From positions 20,535 to 84,534 of the forward strand of contig JBDNZQ010000011.1 of NCBI GenBank assembly GCA_047722915.1: a stretch of 64,000 bases of DNA, in the 5' to 3' direction. The DNA is from Sporolactobacillus sp. Lineage in GTDB: Bacteria > Bacillota > Bacilli > Bacillales > Sporolactobacillaceae. Of this stretch, positions 8,221-18,097 are shown one piece after another; position 1 is the stretch's first letter, and the number at the start of each line of letters is the position of its first letter. The position numbers were made by a program, and so were the translations under genes. The notes under the pieces were generated by a model. The model had not been told where the DNA came from. It saw only the letters and a list, made by a program, of their open reading frames with translations, and made no database searches.

Positions 8221-8907
8221 TTATTGGGCAAAATATACACTGCCGGCAATGTTGTCCAGTGTGAGGCCCGCAGTCGATGCAAATAGGATGTCCGCATGTG
8301 CAAGTGTGTTTTTATCACCGATGCCAATTGATACTTCCCCGGCCGCATGAATGGACTGAATACCGGCGGCAGCATCCTCAATGCCGATCACTTCACCGGG
8401 CTGTAAATGAAGCAGTGAAGCACCGCGTGCAAAAATTTCCGGATCCGGTTTACCTGCTTTAAGTGTGGCCGGATCAACGACAGCGTCGAACAGCTCGGCA
8501 ATGCCAAGTCCTTTAAGAATGATCGGCGCATTTTTAGAGGCGGAGGCGAGTGCAAGCCCGTACCCGTTTGTTTTAATAGAATTCAAAAAAGCAGCCATTC
8601 CCGGCAATAGATCCTCAGGGGTCAGTCCGGCGATCAGTGTCAGATACTGTTTATTTTTTTCCGCTGCAAGCTGTTCCTTCTGCTGTTCGGTGTACTGTTT
8701 CTCATGTCCGCCGGCTTTGAGAATCATCTCAAGCGAGTCCATGCGGCTGATGCCTTTAAGCCCGTCGGCGAGTGAGTCTGTCCAGATCGTGCCGACACGA
8801 TTTGCTGTTTGATGCCACGCTTCGCCATGAAATCGAGCTGTATCGGCAATTACACCATCCAAATCAAGTACAAACCCTTTAATTACGTGAAAGTCTGCCA
8901 TTTTCAT
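8221..8907 (-). CDS. pgmB: Beta-phosphoglucomutase (HAD superfamily)
   Basis: 228 aa with the DLDGVIADT nucleophile motif and KPDPEIF. It sits downstream of a GH65 phosphorylase. Confidence 0.85.
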   Translation of the reverse strand: MKMADFHVIKGFVLDLDGVIADTARFHGEAWHQTANRVGTIWTDSLADGLKGISRMDSLEMILKAGGHEKQYTEQQKEQLAAEKNKQYLTLIAGLTPEDLLPGMAAFLNSIKTNGYGLALASASKNAPIILKGLGIAELFDAVVDPATLKAGKPDPEIFARGASLLHLQPGEVIGIEDAAAGIQSIHAAGEVSIGIGDKNTLAHADILFASTAGLTLDNIAGSVYFAQ

Positions 8908-9935
8908 TTTCCTCTCTCCAGCCTGTAAGTGACGCGATATGTTTTTTTCTGATGTGCGGGCAAGATGATGTCACCGAACCCATGATGATGGATGGCATCG
9001 GGCATCATCTGCATTTCAATTGCAACGCCGTTATCGGGGTGCTCATTTGCAAAGTCGGCCGATTGTCCGAAAACATAGGGATTTGCGGTGAAGATGACGG
9101 CCGCGTTTCGATCACTGTCAATCAATAACCGGCGTCCGCTGGCCGGATCGCTCAGCACAACGGCGGCTCCTTTATGTTTGGTATCGAGCAGAAAAGCATC
9201 ATCCAGCTGTCCACAAGGCAACTGATTAAGATTATCTCCGATTTGCCGGGGCATGGAAAAGTCAAAACCTGTACCCGCATTCTCAATCCATCGACCGGTC
9301 GGCAATTTCTGAGTGTCCAACTCTGCATGAAAGCGACTGTTAATCTGCAAGAGGTGATTGAGCACAGTCTGTTGCCCATCAGCCAAGTTAAAATAGACAT
9401 GTGTCATCGGATTAAACAGCGTGTCTGCATCGCTTTCTGCGGAAAAGGTGACGCTCACCTCATCCGTCTCATTCAGTGTGTAGGTGACCGTTGCCGCGAT
9501 GCTGCCTGGAAAGCCGTCACCGCTGAGAGTATGAGAGAATTGAACCATGCCAACATTGTTTACAACCGCCGCCTGCGTATACCAATTCAACTTATCCATG
9601 CCCTTTGCACCGCCGTGCAGCAAATGATTGTGATTATTGGGCTCAAGCTGCCACCTCCGACCGTTCAAAACAAAGCTGGCGTTAGCTAAGCGTCCGGCGA
9701 CACGGCCGATTGTATTGCCGAGATGGAACGGATTTGTTTCATAATCGGACAACTCATCAAAGAAAAGCACGAGGTCGCGCGGTACACCGCCAACATCTGT
9801 CACAATGAAGCGCCGCCACGTTGCGCCATATGAGATCACATTAAGAATGGTACCGCGCGCGTTGGTCAGCGTCATTTCATAAACAGTGTCACCGCTGCGC
9901 GTCAGCGTGCCAAATGGTTTTTGACTCAGTTGCAT
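8904..9935 (-). CDS. galM: Aldose 1-epimerase (galactose mutarotase family)
   Basis: 343 aa with NHLLHGG..G and mutarotase-type beta-sandwich motifs. It overlaps pgmB by 4 nt. Confidence 0.8.
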   Translation of the reverse strand: MQLSQKPFGTLTRSGDTVYEMTLTNARGTILNVISYGATWRRFIVTDVGGVPRDLVLFFDELSDYETNPFHLGNTIGRVAGRLANASFVLNGRRWQLEPNNHNHLLHGGAKGMDKLNWYTQAAVVNNVGMVQFSHTLSGDGFPGSIAATVTYTLNETDEVSVTFSAESDADTLFNPMTHVYFNLADGQQTVLNHLLQINSRFHAELDTQKLPTGRWIENAGTGFDFSMPRQIGDNLNQLPCGQLDDAFLLDTKHKGAAVVLSDPASGRRLLIDSDRNAAVIFTANPYVFGQSADFANEHPDNGVAIEMQMMPDAIHHHGFGDIILPAHQKKTYRVTYRLERGK

Positions 9936-9966
9936 GATTCAATCCCTTTCTTTGCCCGTCGTGGCA

Positions 9967-12228
9967 TCAGGCGTCGGCCGTTTCCTTTTTATCCAGTGTA
10001 ACGTTTTTTCCGTTGACATCAATCGTCAGGCCATCACCCGAAAGCAGGCGCAGTGATGTACCGGCTGAATCGACATGAATGTCAATCACACGGCCGCGGA
10101 AGGTCAAGCGGAACTGATATGCGGTCCATTTTTTCGGCAGAAAGGGCGCGACATGCAATCGATCATTTTCAATACGCATGCCGGCGAAGCCTTGAACAAT
10201 GGCCAGCCAGCTGCCGGTCATTGAAGTGATATGCAGGCCGTCTGACGTATCGTTGTTATAGTTATCAAGGTCAAGGCGTGCTGTGCGTTCGTACATTTCG
10301 ACAGCTTTTTCCTCTTCATGCAGATCGGCAGCGAGAATCGAATGAATGGATGCAGAGAGACTTGATTCATGAACGGTAAGCGGTTCATAGAAATCAAAGT
10401 TGCGCTTTTTCTGATCCGGTGTGAAGTCATCAATGAAGTTCCAGATACCTTGCAGCACATCCGCCTGTTTGACATACGGTGAGCGAAGAATCTTATCCCA
10501 CGACCAGTGCTGGTTGATGGGGCGCTCATCTTTCGGAATGGCGCTGGCAGGCTGAATGTCTTTATCCAGAAAGCCGTCATGCTGCACAAAGATACCTAAT
10601 TGTTTGTCTTCCGGTAAATACATGCGTTCGACAATGTCCTGCCACTGCTTCTTCTCGGCTTCCGAGACATTTAGCAGCGCTTCCTGCTCTTCAGACACCT
10701 TGCCGAGTACCTCAAGCGTATAAGCGATCGTCCAGCGTGCCATATAATTGGTGTACCAATTGTTGTCGACGTTATTTTCATATTCGTCCGGTCCGGTGAC
10801 GCCGTGAATCATATAGCGTTGCCGACGAGTCGAAAAATGGACACGATCAGCCCAAAAACGTGTAATTTCAGTCAATACACGGCTTCCCTCATGCAGCACG
10901 TAGGACTGATCACCCGTGTAGCGTGTGTAATTATAAATGGCAAAGGCGATGTCGCTGTTGCGGTGAATTTCTTCAAATGTAATTTCCCATTCATTATGCG
11001 ATTCGATTCCGTCAAAGGTGACCATGGGGAACAGTGCCCCTTTAAGCCCCTGCTGACGGGCATTATGATAAGCGCCGTCAAGCTGCTGATAACGGTACAT
11101 AAGCAAATGGCGCGTGACTGACGGATCTGTGACACCAAGATAGACCGGAACAGCGAACGCTTCGGTATCCCAGTAGGTGGCTCCGCCGTACTTTTCTCCA
11201 GTGAAGCCTTTTGGACCGATATTCAGACGGGAATCTTCACCATAGTAAGTTGAAAACAGCTGGAACAAGTTAAAGCGAATGCCTTGCTGGGCGGCGAGGT
11301 CACCTTCAATTTTAACGTCGGATTTTTGCCAGCGTTCATCCCAAACAGCGGTATGAGCGGCAAGCAGGTCGTCGTAGCTGAGCTTGCCAGTCTTTTCGTT
11401 CAACATATGCAATGCCGCCGTCAGTTTGTCGAGCGTTTCGTAGTCGCGTGAGGTGGCAACAACGACGCGCTTTTCAAACACGGTGCTTCCGCCTGCTTCA
11501 AGCGTGCCGGTAAACGCTTGGCTGATTTGTTTTTCGCCGATGAGGGCAGGCTGTGCGGCTAGATTCGACCGGTGATGCATGTCAGCGCCGACTGTGAAGC
11601 GCGGGGTGCCGAAAGGATTGGCTTTTGTTTTGGCGACCAATGCATGTTCATCAGTCGCAACGATATCCCAGAAACGCTCGTCATAATTGGCGTCCTCATT
11701 GGTGACCTCGGCGTCGATCGCCGAGATAATACCTAGATCAAAGGATGAATCGCCGATATTTTTTAGCGTGACGCGCTGCACGGACAGTTCTTTTTGCGCT
11801 ACACTTAAGAAACGCTCAAATGTGACAGCAACGGCTGCCGTGCCTTTTTTCACCGTGAACGAACGCATGAGCAATGAACGTTTCATGTCGAGGCTGAGCG
11901 TGAAGTCACTGATGGAATCGACGGCCAGATCGAGCGGTTCATCGTTGATGGTCAGCGTCAAACGAATAAAGTTAATGGCGTTGATCACTTTACCAAAATA
12001 TTGCGGGTAGCCGTTCTTCCACCAGCCAACACGCGTTTTGTCAGGAAACCAAACGCCGCCGATATAGATACCCGGAAGCGTATCACCGCTATAATCCTCT
12101 TCAAAAAATCCACGCATGCCCATATAGCCGTTGCCAAGACTCGTCATGGATTCCTGCAAGCGTTTGTCTGCCTTATTAAAATCATGGCTGACAACGTGCC
12201 AAGGTTGAATTTCAAATGTGCGTTTCAT
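9967..12228 (-). CDS. malP: Maltose phosphorylase (glycoside hydrolase family 65)
   Basis: 753 aa with an N-terminus of SLGNGYMGMRG and the catalytic region GVTGPDEYENNVDNNWYTNYMA, as in GH65 enzymes. Confidence 0.9.
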   Translation of the reverse strand: MKRTFEIQPWHVVSHDFNKADKRLQESMTSLGNGYMGMRGFFEEDYSGDTLPGIYIGGVWFPDKTRVGWWKNGYPQYFGKVINAINFIRLTLTINDEPLDLAVDSISDFTLSLDMKRSLLMRSFTVKKGTAAVAVTFERFLSVAQKELSVQRVTLKNIGDSSFDLGIISAIDAEVTNEDANYDERFWDIVATDEHALVAKTKANPFGTPRFTVGADMHHRSNLAAQPALIGEKQISQAFTGTLEAGGSTVFEKRVVVATSRDYETLDKLTAALHMLNEKTGKLSYDDLLAAHTAVWDERWQKSDVKIEGDLAAQQGIRFNLFQLFSTYYGEDSRLNIGPKGFTGEKYGGATYWDTEAFAVPVYLGVTDPSVTRHLLMYRYQQLDGAYHNARQQGLKGALFPMVTFDGIESHNEWEITFEEIHRNSDIAFAIYNYTRYTGDQSYVLHEGSRVLTEITRFWADRVHFSTRRQRYMIHGVTGPDEYENNVDNNWYTNYMARWTIAYTLEVLGKVSEEQEALLNVSEAEKKQWQDIVERMYLPEDKQLGIFVQHDGFLDKDIQPASAIPKDERPINQHWSWDKILRSPYVKQADVLQGIWNFIDDFTPDQKKRNFDFYEPLTVHESSLSASIHSILAADLHEEEKAVEMYERTARLDLDNYNNDTSDGLHITSMTGSWLAIVQGFAGMRIENDRLHVAPFLPKKWTAYQFRLTFRGRVIDIHVDSAGTSLRLLSGDGLTIDVNGKNVTLDKKETADA

Positions 12229-12394
12229 GAAAAAAACTCCTTTTCCTCAAGATACTTTTATGCATTTAACCGGCACGCTTATGAGCAATGATGACACTTA
12301 ACATGCCGTTGGTTAATCATGAATGAGCGAGTCACCACAAGGATTGGGGAACGGCTTTCATTTCGCTAAGCAAAGGCATGAGCCGGCATTCTGT

Positions 12395-13759
12395 TTACTC
12401 AGCATAAGTTTCTTTAATAATCGTAACGGATAGAGCGCCGACAAGCAGCAGAATACCAGAGAGCAGCACCATCATTGGCATGGATTGACCGAGCAGTGGA
12501 AACAGCAGGAAGCTTAGGCATGAGGCGACAATCTGCGGCAGGCAGATACTGCCGTTAAACAAACCGAGATAAGTTCCTATGTTATTGCCCGAAAGTGCAT
12601 TGGTCAACATCGTGAACGGGAATGTCATCATACCGGCCCAAGCCATGCCAATCAATGCGAATGACACGATGAGCATCATTTGACTGTGGATGAAGAACAC
12701 AGATGCAAAGCCGATGCCACCGAGTGTGAGACTGAGTGCATAAGCGGGTTTATGCTTATTATTAGGCATGCGCGCGAGAGCAAGCGACCAAAGGACAGCG
12801 GACAGTGAATAAACGGCAGAGAGGATGCCAAACCAATTACCGGCATTTTGATAGGCAACGCTGGAAGGATCACTGACATTCCATACATTTTTCGCAATCG
12901 CCCCGGCGCCATATGTCCACAGGTATTGAAACCCCATCCAGCAGAAAAACTGTACAATCGTAATGGTCCAGAATATTTTTGGTGCATGGGCCAGCACGTT
13001 GAAAATTCCTGCGTTATTCTCAGACGCATTCACGCCCATGCCGTGATAGGCCGCATAGTCAGCAGGTGTATATTCTTTGACACGCAGCGCAGTGAAGAGG
13101 CTGCAGATAATCAAGATTATAGCACCGCCGTAAAAAGAAACGATCACAGACTGCGGGACAACACCTTTTGCTGCGCTGTTTGAGAAGCCGAGCGCTGTAA
13201 GGACAAACGGAAAGATGCAGGCGAGCACCGCACCGCTGTTAGACAGAAAGCTCTGGATCGAGTAAGCAAATCCTTTTTGCTGCTCGTTGACCATATCGCC
13301 GACCATCATTTTAAATGGCTGCATCGCAACATTGGATGATAAGTCCATAAAGAGAATAGTTGTGGCACCGAAGATGAGTGCTGCAACAGATCCAAAACCA
13401 AAACCAAAACTGCCGGCGTTTGGCAACAGACACATGACGATAACGGCGACAAGCGCACCGATAATCAGATAAGGAATGCGCCGTCCAAGCCGAGGCATCC
13501 ACGTGCGATCTGAGAAATAGCCGATGAGTGGTTGAACGACAAGTCCTGCCAGAGGCGGCAATATGAAAAAGAAGCCAAGCCTTGTCGGATCAGCTCCGAT
13601 TGTTTGAAAAATCCGTCCCATATTTGAGCTTTGCAGAGAAAAAGCCATTTGAACGCCGAGAAAACCAAAACTGATGATCCAAATTGTGCTGTTGGATAAG
13701 TTTGGTAGTGTGCGTTGAATGTCTTGTCTTTTTACATGAAGATTTTTTTCATTAATCAT
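12395..13759 (-). CDS. MFS/GPH-type sugar:cation symporter, probable maltose permease
   Basis: 454 aa with 12 predicted TM segments and the motif YFSDRTWMPRLGRRIPY, typical of the sucrose/maltose symporter (SLC45-like) group. It is the first structural gene of the operon. Confidence 0.75.
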   Translation of the reverse strand: MINEKNLHVKRQDIQRTLPNLSNSTIWIISFGFLGVQMAFSLQSSNMGRIFQTIGADPTRLGFFFILPPLAGLVVQPLIGYFSDRTWMPRLGRRIPYLIIGALVAVIVMCLLPNAGSFGFGFGSVAALIFGATTILFMDLSSNVAMQPFKMMVGDMVNEQQKGFAYSIQSFLSNSGAVLACIFPFVLTALGFSNSAAKGVVPQSVIVSFYGGAIILIICSLFTALRVKEYTPADYAAYHGMGVNASENNAGIFNVLAHAPKIFWTITIVQFFCWMGFQYLWTYGAGAIAKNVWNVSDPSSVAYQNAGNWFGILSAVYSLSAVLWSLALARMPNNKHKPAYALSLTLGGIGFASVFFIHSQMMLIVSFALIGMAWAGMMTFPFTMLTNALSGNNIGTYLGLFNGSICLPQIVASCLSFLLFPLLGQSMPMMVLLSGILLLVGALSVTIIKETYAE

Positions 13760-13874
13760 TCTACACCCTCCGCTTATGTTGCTTCGTTTGTATTTATGGC
13801 AGATAGTTCAATCGCTGCAGCAGATTGAAAGCACTTTCTATAACGCTTTCATTATAAGCTATATATATGTATAG

Positions 13875-13888
13875 TGCAACCGTTTGCA
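13875..13888 (-). promoter_or_regulatory. LacI-family/cre-like operator palindrome
   Basis: The - strand reads TGCAAACGGTTGCA (arms TGCAA/TTGCA). It lies in the 227-bp gap between the LacI regulator gene and the permease gene. Confidence 0.5.
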
Positions 13889-13986
13889 CACAAAAAACGC
13901 ACCGCATGTATATGCGTGCGAAAAAATAGATCATCCATTGGCTGTATTCCTATTCGACGCAAAGGGCAAAGAAGCGAAGTGGGCAG

Positions 13987-14964
13987 TTAGTTCTGAATGT
14001 CAAACGGTACGATGATGCTCCGCGTCCTTGAATGACCGCTGGCTTGATTGAACAGTAACTGCACGGCGGCTGTGCCGAGCTGTGTTGGAAAGAGGTCGAC
14101 AGAATGGAACGTTTGCGCGTTCACTTGTGGCACAAACGAAAGGTTGTAGCTGATGACTGGCAGTTCTTTGCCCGGATAGTGCTGACGCCAATAATAATAG
14201 AACTGAAAGGCAATTTGATCATCTGCCGCCACCAATCCGTCGATTTCATCATGGTCAATGATGAACGCATGTAATAGGCTGTCGGTCATCTGCCGATCAT
14301 GCAGGTTCATTTTGCACACAAGTGGTATCACGCCACGGTTGACTGACAAATCAATGAACCCTTGCTTTCGATCATGTTCATAGCGCCAATCATTGGTAGA
14401 TTCAGCAAAGACAGGGTGGGTAGACCCCAAATCTGACAGCAGGTGATTCGTGGCCTCGGCGCCTGCTTTGTAGTTATCATTATTAACATAATAATCACAA
14501 CCGGCTGTAGGTTCGCCAATAATGACAAATGCTAACATTCTTTCCCGCAGATAGTTGGCGATTGGATCATCCGGATAACTGTAAAGCAAGATAAAGCGCT
14601 TAACTTTTGCCTGATTAACCATTGTTTTCACATTGTTGAATAATTGGTCAACATGGTCGGCAATGGCGATCGATTGAATATATTGACATGATGCCAGTTT
14701 TTGATTGATTCCCCGCAAAATTTCAATGTAAAAAGGATTTTGCTGGACACTGTTTTCGGTGGCAGGAAAGACAACGCCGACGACATTGGCCTCGCCGCGC
14801 GTCAAATTTTTGGCGTTATAGTTTGGCAGATAGCCCACTGAATTCGCAATGTCCTGCACGCGCTGTCGCGTGTGTTCACTGATTCTTGGATTGTTATTTA
14901 AAGCACGGGAGGCGGTCGACACCGACACGCCCGCTTTGGTAGCAATATCACGAATTGTCAGCAT
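13987..14964 (-). CDS. LacI family transcriptional regulator
   Basis: The track ORF extends to 15054. I prefer the ATG at 14964 (MLTIRDIATKAGVSVSTASRALNN, an HTH), which has RBS AAGGGGGA. Confidence 0.85.
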   Translation of the reverse strand: MLTIRDIATKAGVSVSTASRALNNNPRISEHTRQRVQDIANSVGYLPNYNAKNLTRGEANVVGVVFPATENSVQQNPFYIEILRGINQKLASCQYIQSIAIADHVDQLFNNVKTMVNQAKVKRFILLYSYPDDPIANYLRERMLAFVIIGEPTAGCDYYVNNDNYKAGAEATNHLLSDLGSTHPVFAESTNDWRYEHDRKQGFIDLSVNRGVIPLVCKMNLHDRQMTDSLLHAFIIDHDEIDGLVAADDQIAFQFYYYWRQHYPGKELPVISYNLSFVPQVNAQTFHSVDLFPTQLGTAAVQLLFNQASGHSRTRSIIVPFDIQN

Positions 14965-15263
14965 GCGTTGTTCCCCCTTTTCCTTAATCAGAACACAAAA
15001 AATAGTCGCTCGCTGTGTTTTTAAGTATGAAAAATAGTGAAGAAACAGCGGCATCCAAAGGTCTTGATCTTGATGCCTCTGACATGTTCAATTAAGAAGA
15101 GACGCCAGCGGAAGGTTACACAGTATCTGAGACATTCCTAAATGTCCGCAGATGGTTCACCCTTTTATTTAGGCTGGTCTTCAGCATACTTCGATCCAGT
15201 TATAGATAGTTTACGCGAAATTAAAACGCTTGCCTAGACTTGATGATCAATATGATAACGATT

Positions 15264-15600
15264 TCAGGAAGAAGCGTGCCAGCCGAACAGGTGCTTTGCA
15301 TACATGTAAGTCAAAGAGCTCGGCGTGTGGAACCTGTCGGGCGTATATTGTGGATCACTTAAAACTTTCAGAGCCATTGTCAGCCATGCGAGATGTTTTC
15401 CCGCGCAGGGGTGCATTCCGGTATTTGAGTGTACCGGTAAATTATCGTAAAATAAAACTGTGTTTAGTTCAGAATCGCTCGCGGCGGCAGTCCAGCGTTA
15501 ACTTCATATTGAAAAATGAAACCCGTTTTTTTCGAAACTTAACGGCGCGCGCATGCGTATGAAGAAGGGTAGAAAGGTAGGACGGCAAAGAGGGCCGTGC
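15264..15600 (-). pseudogene. Possible cytochrome P450 C-terminal relic
   Basis: The - strand reads ...LDCRRERF in one frame. A frameshifted continuation reads SELNTVLFYDNLPVHSNTGMHPCAGKHLAWLTMALKVL. This resembles the PERF motif followed about 20 aa later by the haem loop FxxGxxxCxG. There is no start codon and the N-terminal part is absent. Confidence 0.25.
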
Positions 15601-15636
15601 CGCGGTCGACAAAAGCATAGAAGGAGCTGTTTTTTT

Positions 15637-17058
15637 GTGGCAAAAAATTATGACCTGGTATTATTAGGAGGTGGAACGGGTGGCTATGTCGCAGCCATTC
15701 GCGCCAGCCAGCTCGGCTTAAAGACAGCCATCGTCGAACGGGAAAAGCTTGGCGGCACTTGTTTGCACAAGGGCTGCATTCCGACTAAAGCTTTTTTGCG
15801 CAGCGCTGAAGTGCTTGCAACGGTACGAGGAGCCGAGCAGTTCGGCATTTCAGTGACCGGCACAATGCTCAGCTTTCATAAAGTGCAAGAACGCAAGCAG
15901 AAGATTGTCGATCAGCTCCATCAAGGTGTCGTTAAACTCATGAAAAAAGGAAAAATTGACGTTTATAGCGGTGAGGGGCATCTGCTTGGACCGTCTATTT
16001 TTTCCCCACTACCCGGAGCTGTCTCAGTGACCTACAGCGACGGACGTGAGAGCGATGTGCTGACTGGTGATAAAGTCATTCTGGCTACAGGATCGCGTCC
16101 CCGTCCGCTTAACGGACTGGCATTTGACAGTGAATGCGTCTTGTCATCGGAAGACGCGCTCGCTTTGCAAACTTGTCCTCAGTCGCTGGTGATCGTCGGC
16201 GGCGGGGTGATTGGCGCCGAGTGGGCGTCACTGATGAGGGATTTTGGCGCCGACGTGACCGTACTTGAATATGCCGACCGGTTGATACCGAGCGAAGATA
16301 AGGAACTCTCGCGCCGGCTTGCGGCCAGTTTTAAGAAACGCGGCATTCGTGTACATACCGGCGCGGAGGTGCTTCCAAATACGCTAAAGAAGCAAGCGAA
16401 CGGCATCGAAATCGACGCCGTGCTTGACGGTCAGCAGCAGACGTTTGCCGCAGAAAAAATGCTTGTTTCTGTCGGCCGTCTACCGAATACATCAGACATC
16501 GGTTTGGATAATACGGCTATTGAGACAGACAAAGGCTTTATTTGTGTCAATAAATTTGGGCAGACAAAGGATAGTCATATTTATGCAATCGGCGACGTTG
16601 TCGGTGGGTTGCAACTGGCGCATGTGGCCGCACGCGAGGGCATTCAGGCTGTCGATCATCTCGCCGGTCGCGAGGTCGTGCCGATCACGCCCTTTGATGT
16701 GCCTAGGTGCATCTATACACGTCCGGAAATTGCAACGGTCGGCATGAGCGAAGGGGAAGCGCGTGCGGGCCATGCGGTCAAAGTCGGCAAAGTTCCTTTT
16801 GGAGCGATCGGAAAAGCGCTTGTTTACGGGGAATCAGAAGGCTATGCAAAAATTATTGCCGATGAGGCGACCGATGACATTCTCGGTGTTCAGATTATCG
16901 GTCCGCATGCGACAGATCTGATCGGCGAGGCGTCACTTGCGCAGCTGCTTAATGCCTCACCTTGGGAACTCGCGCAGGCTGTACATGCGCATCCGACACT
17001 GAGTGAAGTGCTTGGTGAGGCGGCGCTCGCAGTAGACGGCAATGGTATTCATGTCTAA
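15637..17058 (+). CDS. lpdV: Dihydrolipoyl dehydrogenase (E3) of the branched-chain 2-oxoacid dehydrogenase complex
   Basis: I prefer the GTG start at 15637 (VAKNYDLVLLGGGTGGYVAAIRA), with RBS AAGGAG 10 nt upstream. The redox-active site is GGTCLHKGCIP. Confidence 0.9.
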   Translation: MAKNYDLVLLGGGTGGYVAAIRASQLGLKTAIVEREKLGGTCLHKGCIPTKAFLRSAEVLATVRGAEQFGISVTGTMLSFHKVQERKQKIVDQLHQGVVKLMKKGKIDVYSGEGHLLGPSIFSPLPGAVSVTYSDGRESDVLTGDKVILATGSRPRPLNGLAFDSECVLSSEDALALQTCPQSLVIVGGGVIGAEWASLMRDFGADVTVLEYADRLIPSEDKELSRRLAASFKKRGIRVHTGAEVLPNTLKKQANGIEIDAVLDGQQQTFAAEKMLVSVGRLPNTSDIGLDNTAIETDKGFICVNKFGQTKDSHIYAIGDVVGGLQLAHVAAREGIQAVDHLAGREVVPITPFDVPRCIYTRPEIATVGMSEGEARAGHAVKVGKVPFGAIGKALVYGESEGYAKIIADEATDDILGVQIIGPHATDLIGEASLAQLLNASPWELAQAVHAHPTLSEVLGEAALAVDGNGIHV

Positions 17059-17083
17059 TTTCAACGAATGGGAGGGGTCGGCG

Positions 17084-18097
17084 GTGAAAAATCACCATCA
17101 GGCACTTGGCTTTTCAGATCAGGATGTGCTGCAAATGTATGACCGTATGCTGGCTGCCCGCCGAGTTGACGAGCGACTGTGGTTGCTGAACCGTGCAGGA
17201 AAGATACCGTTTATTGTGTCTTGTCAAGGACAGGAGGCCACTCAAGTCGGAGCGGCATTCGCATTGAACCGCGAGCGGGACTATGTGGCGCCTTACTACC
17301 GTGATATTGGCTTTGTTCTGGCATGGGGCATGAGTGTGCGGGAGATGATGCTCAACAATTTTGCCAAAGCGGAAGATCCCAATTCAGGCGGGCGCCAGAT
17401 GCCCGGGCATTTTGGTTATCGCAAATTGCGAATGCTCAGTCACTCGTCGCCGGTCGGCACACAGATGCCACACGCGGTCGGCATTGCTCTGGCTGCTAAG
17501 ATGCGCGGTGATGACATTGTTAGTTTTGTCACATTTGGCGAGGGCACATCTAATCAGGGGGATTTTCATGAAGCGGCTAATTTTGCCGGGGTCCACCGCT
17601 TGCCGGTTATCTTTTTGTGCGAAAACAACCACTATGCCATATCAGTCGGGCTCAAAGCGCAGCTCGCCTGCGAGCATGTCGCCGATCGCGCAGCCGGCTA
17701 CGGTATGTTTGGCAGCCGTTTCGACGGCAATGATCCACTGGCTGTGTATGCGGCAGTTAAAGAGGCTGCGGATCGTGCCCACCGCGGTGAGGGCCCATCA
17801 CTGCTCGAAGCGGACTGTTACCGGCTCAAGCCGCATACGAGCGATGACAACGACATGAGCTATCGTACGAAAGAAGAGGTCGAACAGGCAAAAGTGCATG
17901 ACGGGGTGCTCACTTTTGCCGCTTATTTGCGCGAAGTGGGCGTGCTGACGGCAGAGAAGGAGCGGGAGATGGAGCACACGCTTGCCCTGGAAATTGATGA
18001 GGCGACCGACTACGCGGAGCGCGCGCCGTTTGCGGGTGTGGAAACGATGGATCGGTATGTGTATGCACCGGACATGCAAGGGGGCAATGATCGATGA
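17084..18097 (+). CDS. bkdAA: Branched-chain 2-oxoacid dehydrogenase E1 alpha
   Basis: I prefer the GTG at 17084 (VKNHHQALGF...), with RBS GGGAGGGG. It aligns with the B. subtilis BkdAA N-terminus MSTNRHQALGL. It has a TPP-binding fold. The alternative ATG is at 17051. Confidence 0.9.
   Translation: MKNHHQALGFSDQDVLQMYDRMLAARRVDERLWLLNRAGKIPFIVSCQGQEATQVGAAFALNRERDYVAPYYRDIGFVLAWGMSVREMMLNNFAKAEDPNSGGRQMPGHFGYRKLRMLSHSSPVGTQMPHAVGIALAAKMRGDDIVSFVTFGEGTSNQGDFHEAANFAGVHRLPVIFLCENNHYAISVGLKAQLACEHVADRAAGYGMFGSRFDGNDPLAVYAAVKEAADRAHRGEGPSLLEADCYRLKPHTSDDNDMSYRTKEEVEQAKVHDGVLTFAAYLREVGVLTAEKEREMEHTLALEIDEATDYAERAPFAGVETMDRYVYAPDMQGGNDR

Noticed and set aside
15230-15562. 110-aa + strand ORF upstream of lpdV, and the N-terminal extension of the lpdV ORF (15553..15636)
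   Set aside because: There is no RBS or family similarity. lpdV has a proper RBS plus GTG at 15637, matching the usual N-terminus of dihydrolipoyl dehydrogenases.
15055-15636. Sigma-54 (-24/-12) promoter for the bkd genes, as in B. subtilis
   Set aside because: No TGGCAC-N5-TTGCA-like element was found by eye on the + strand. The closest match (GGTGCTTTGCA near 15288) has the wrong spacing.
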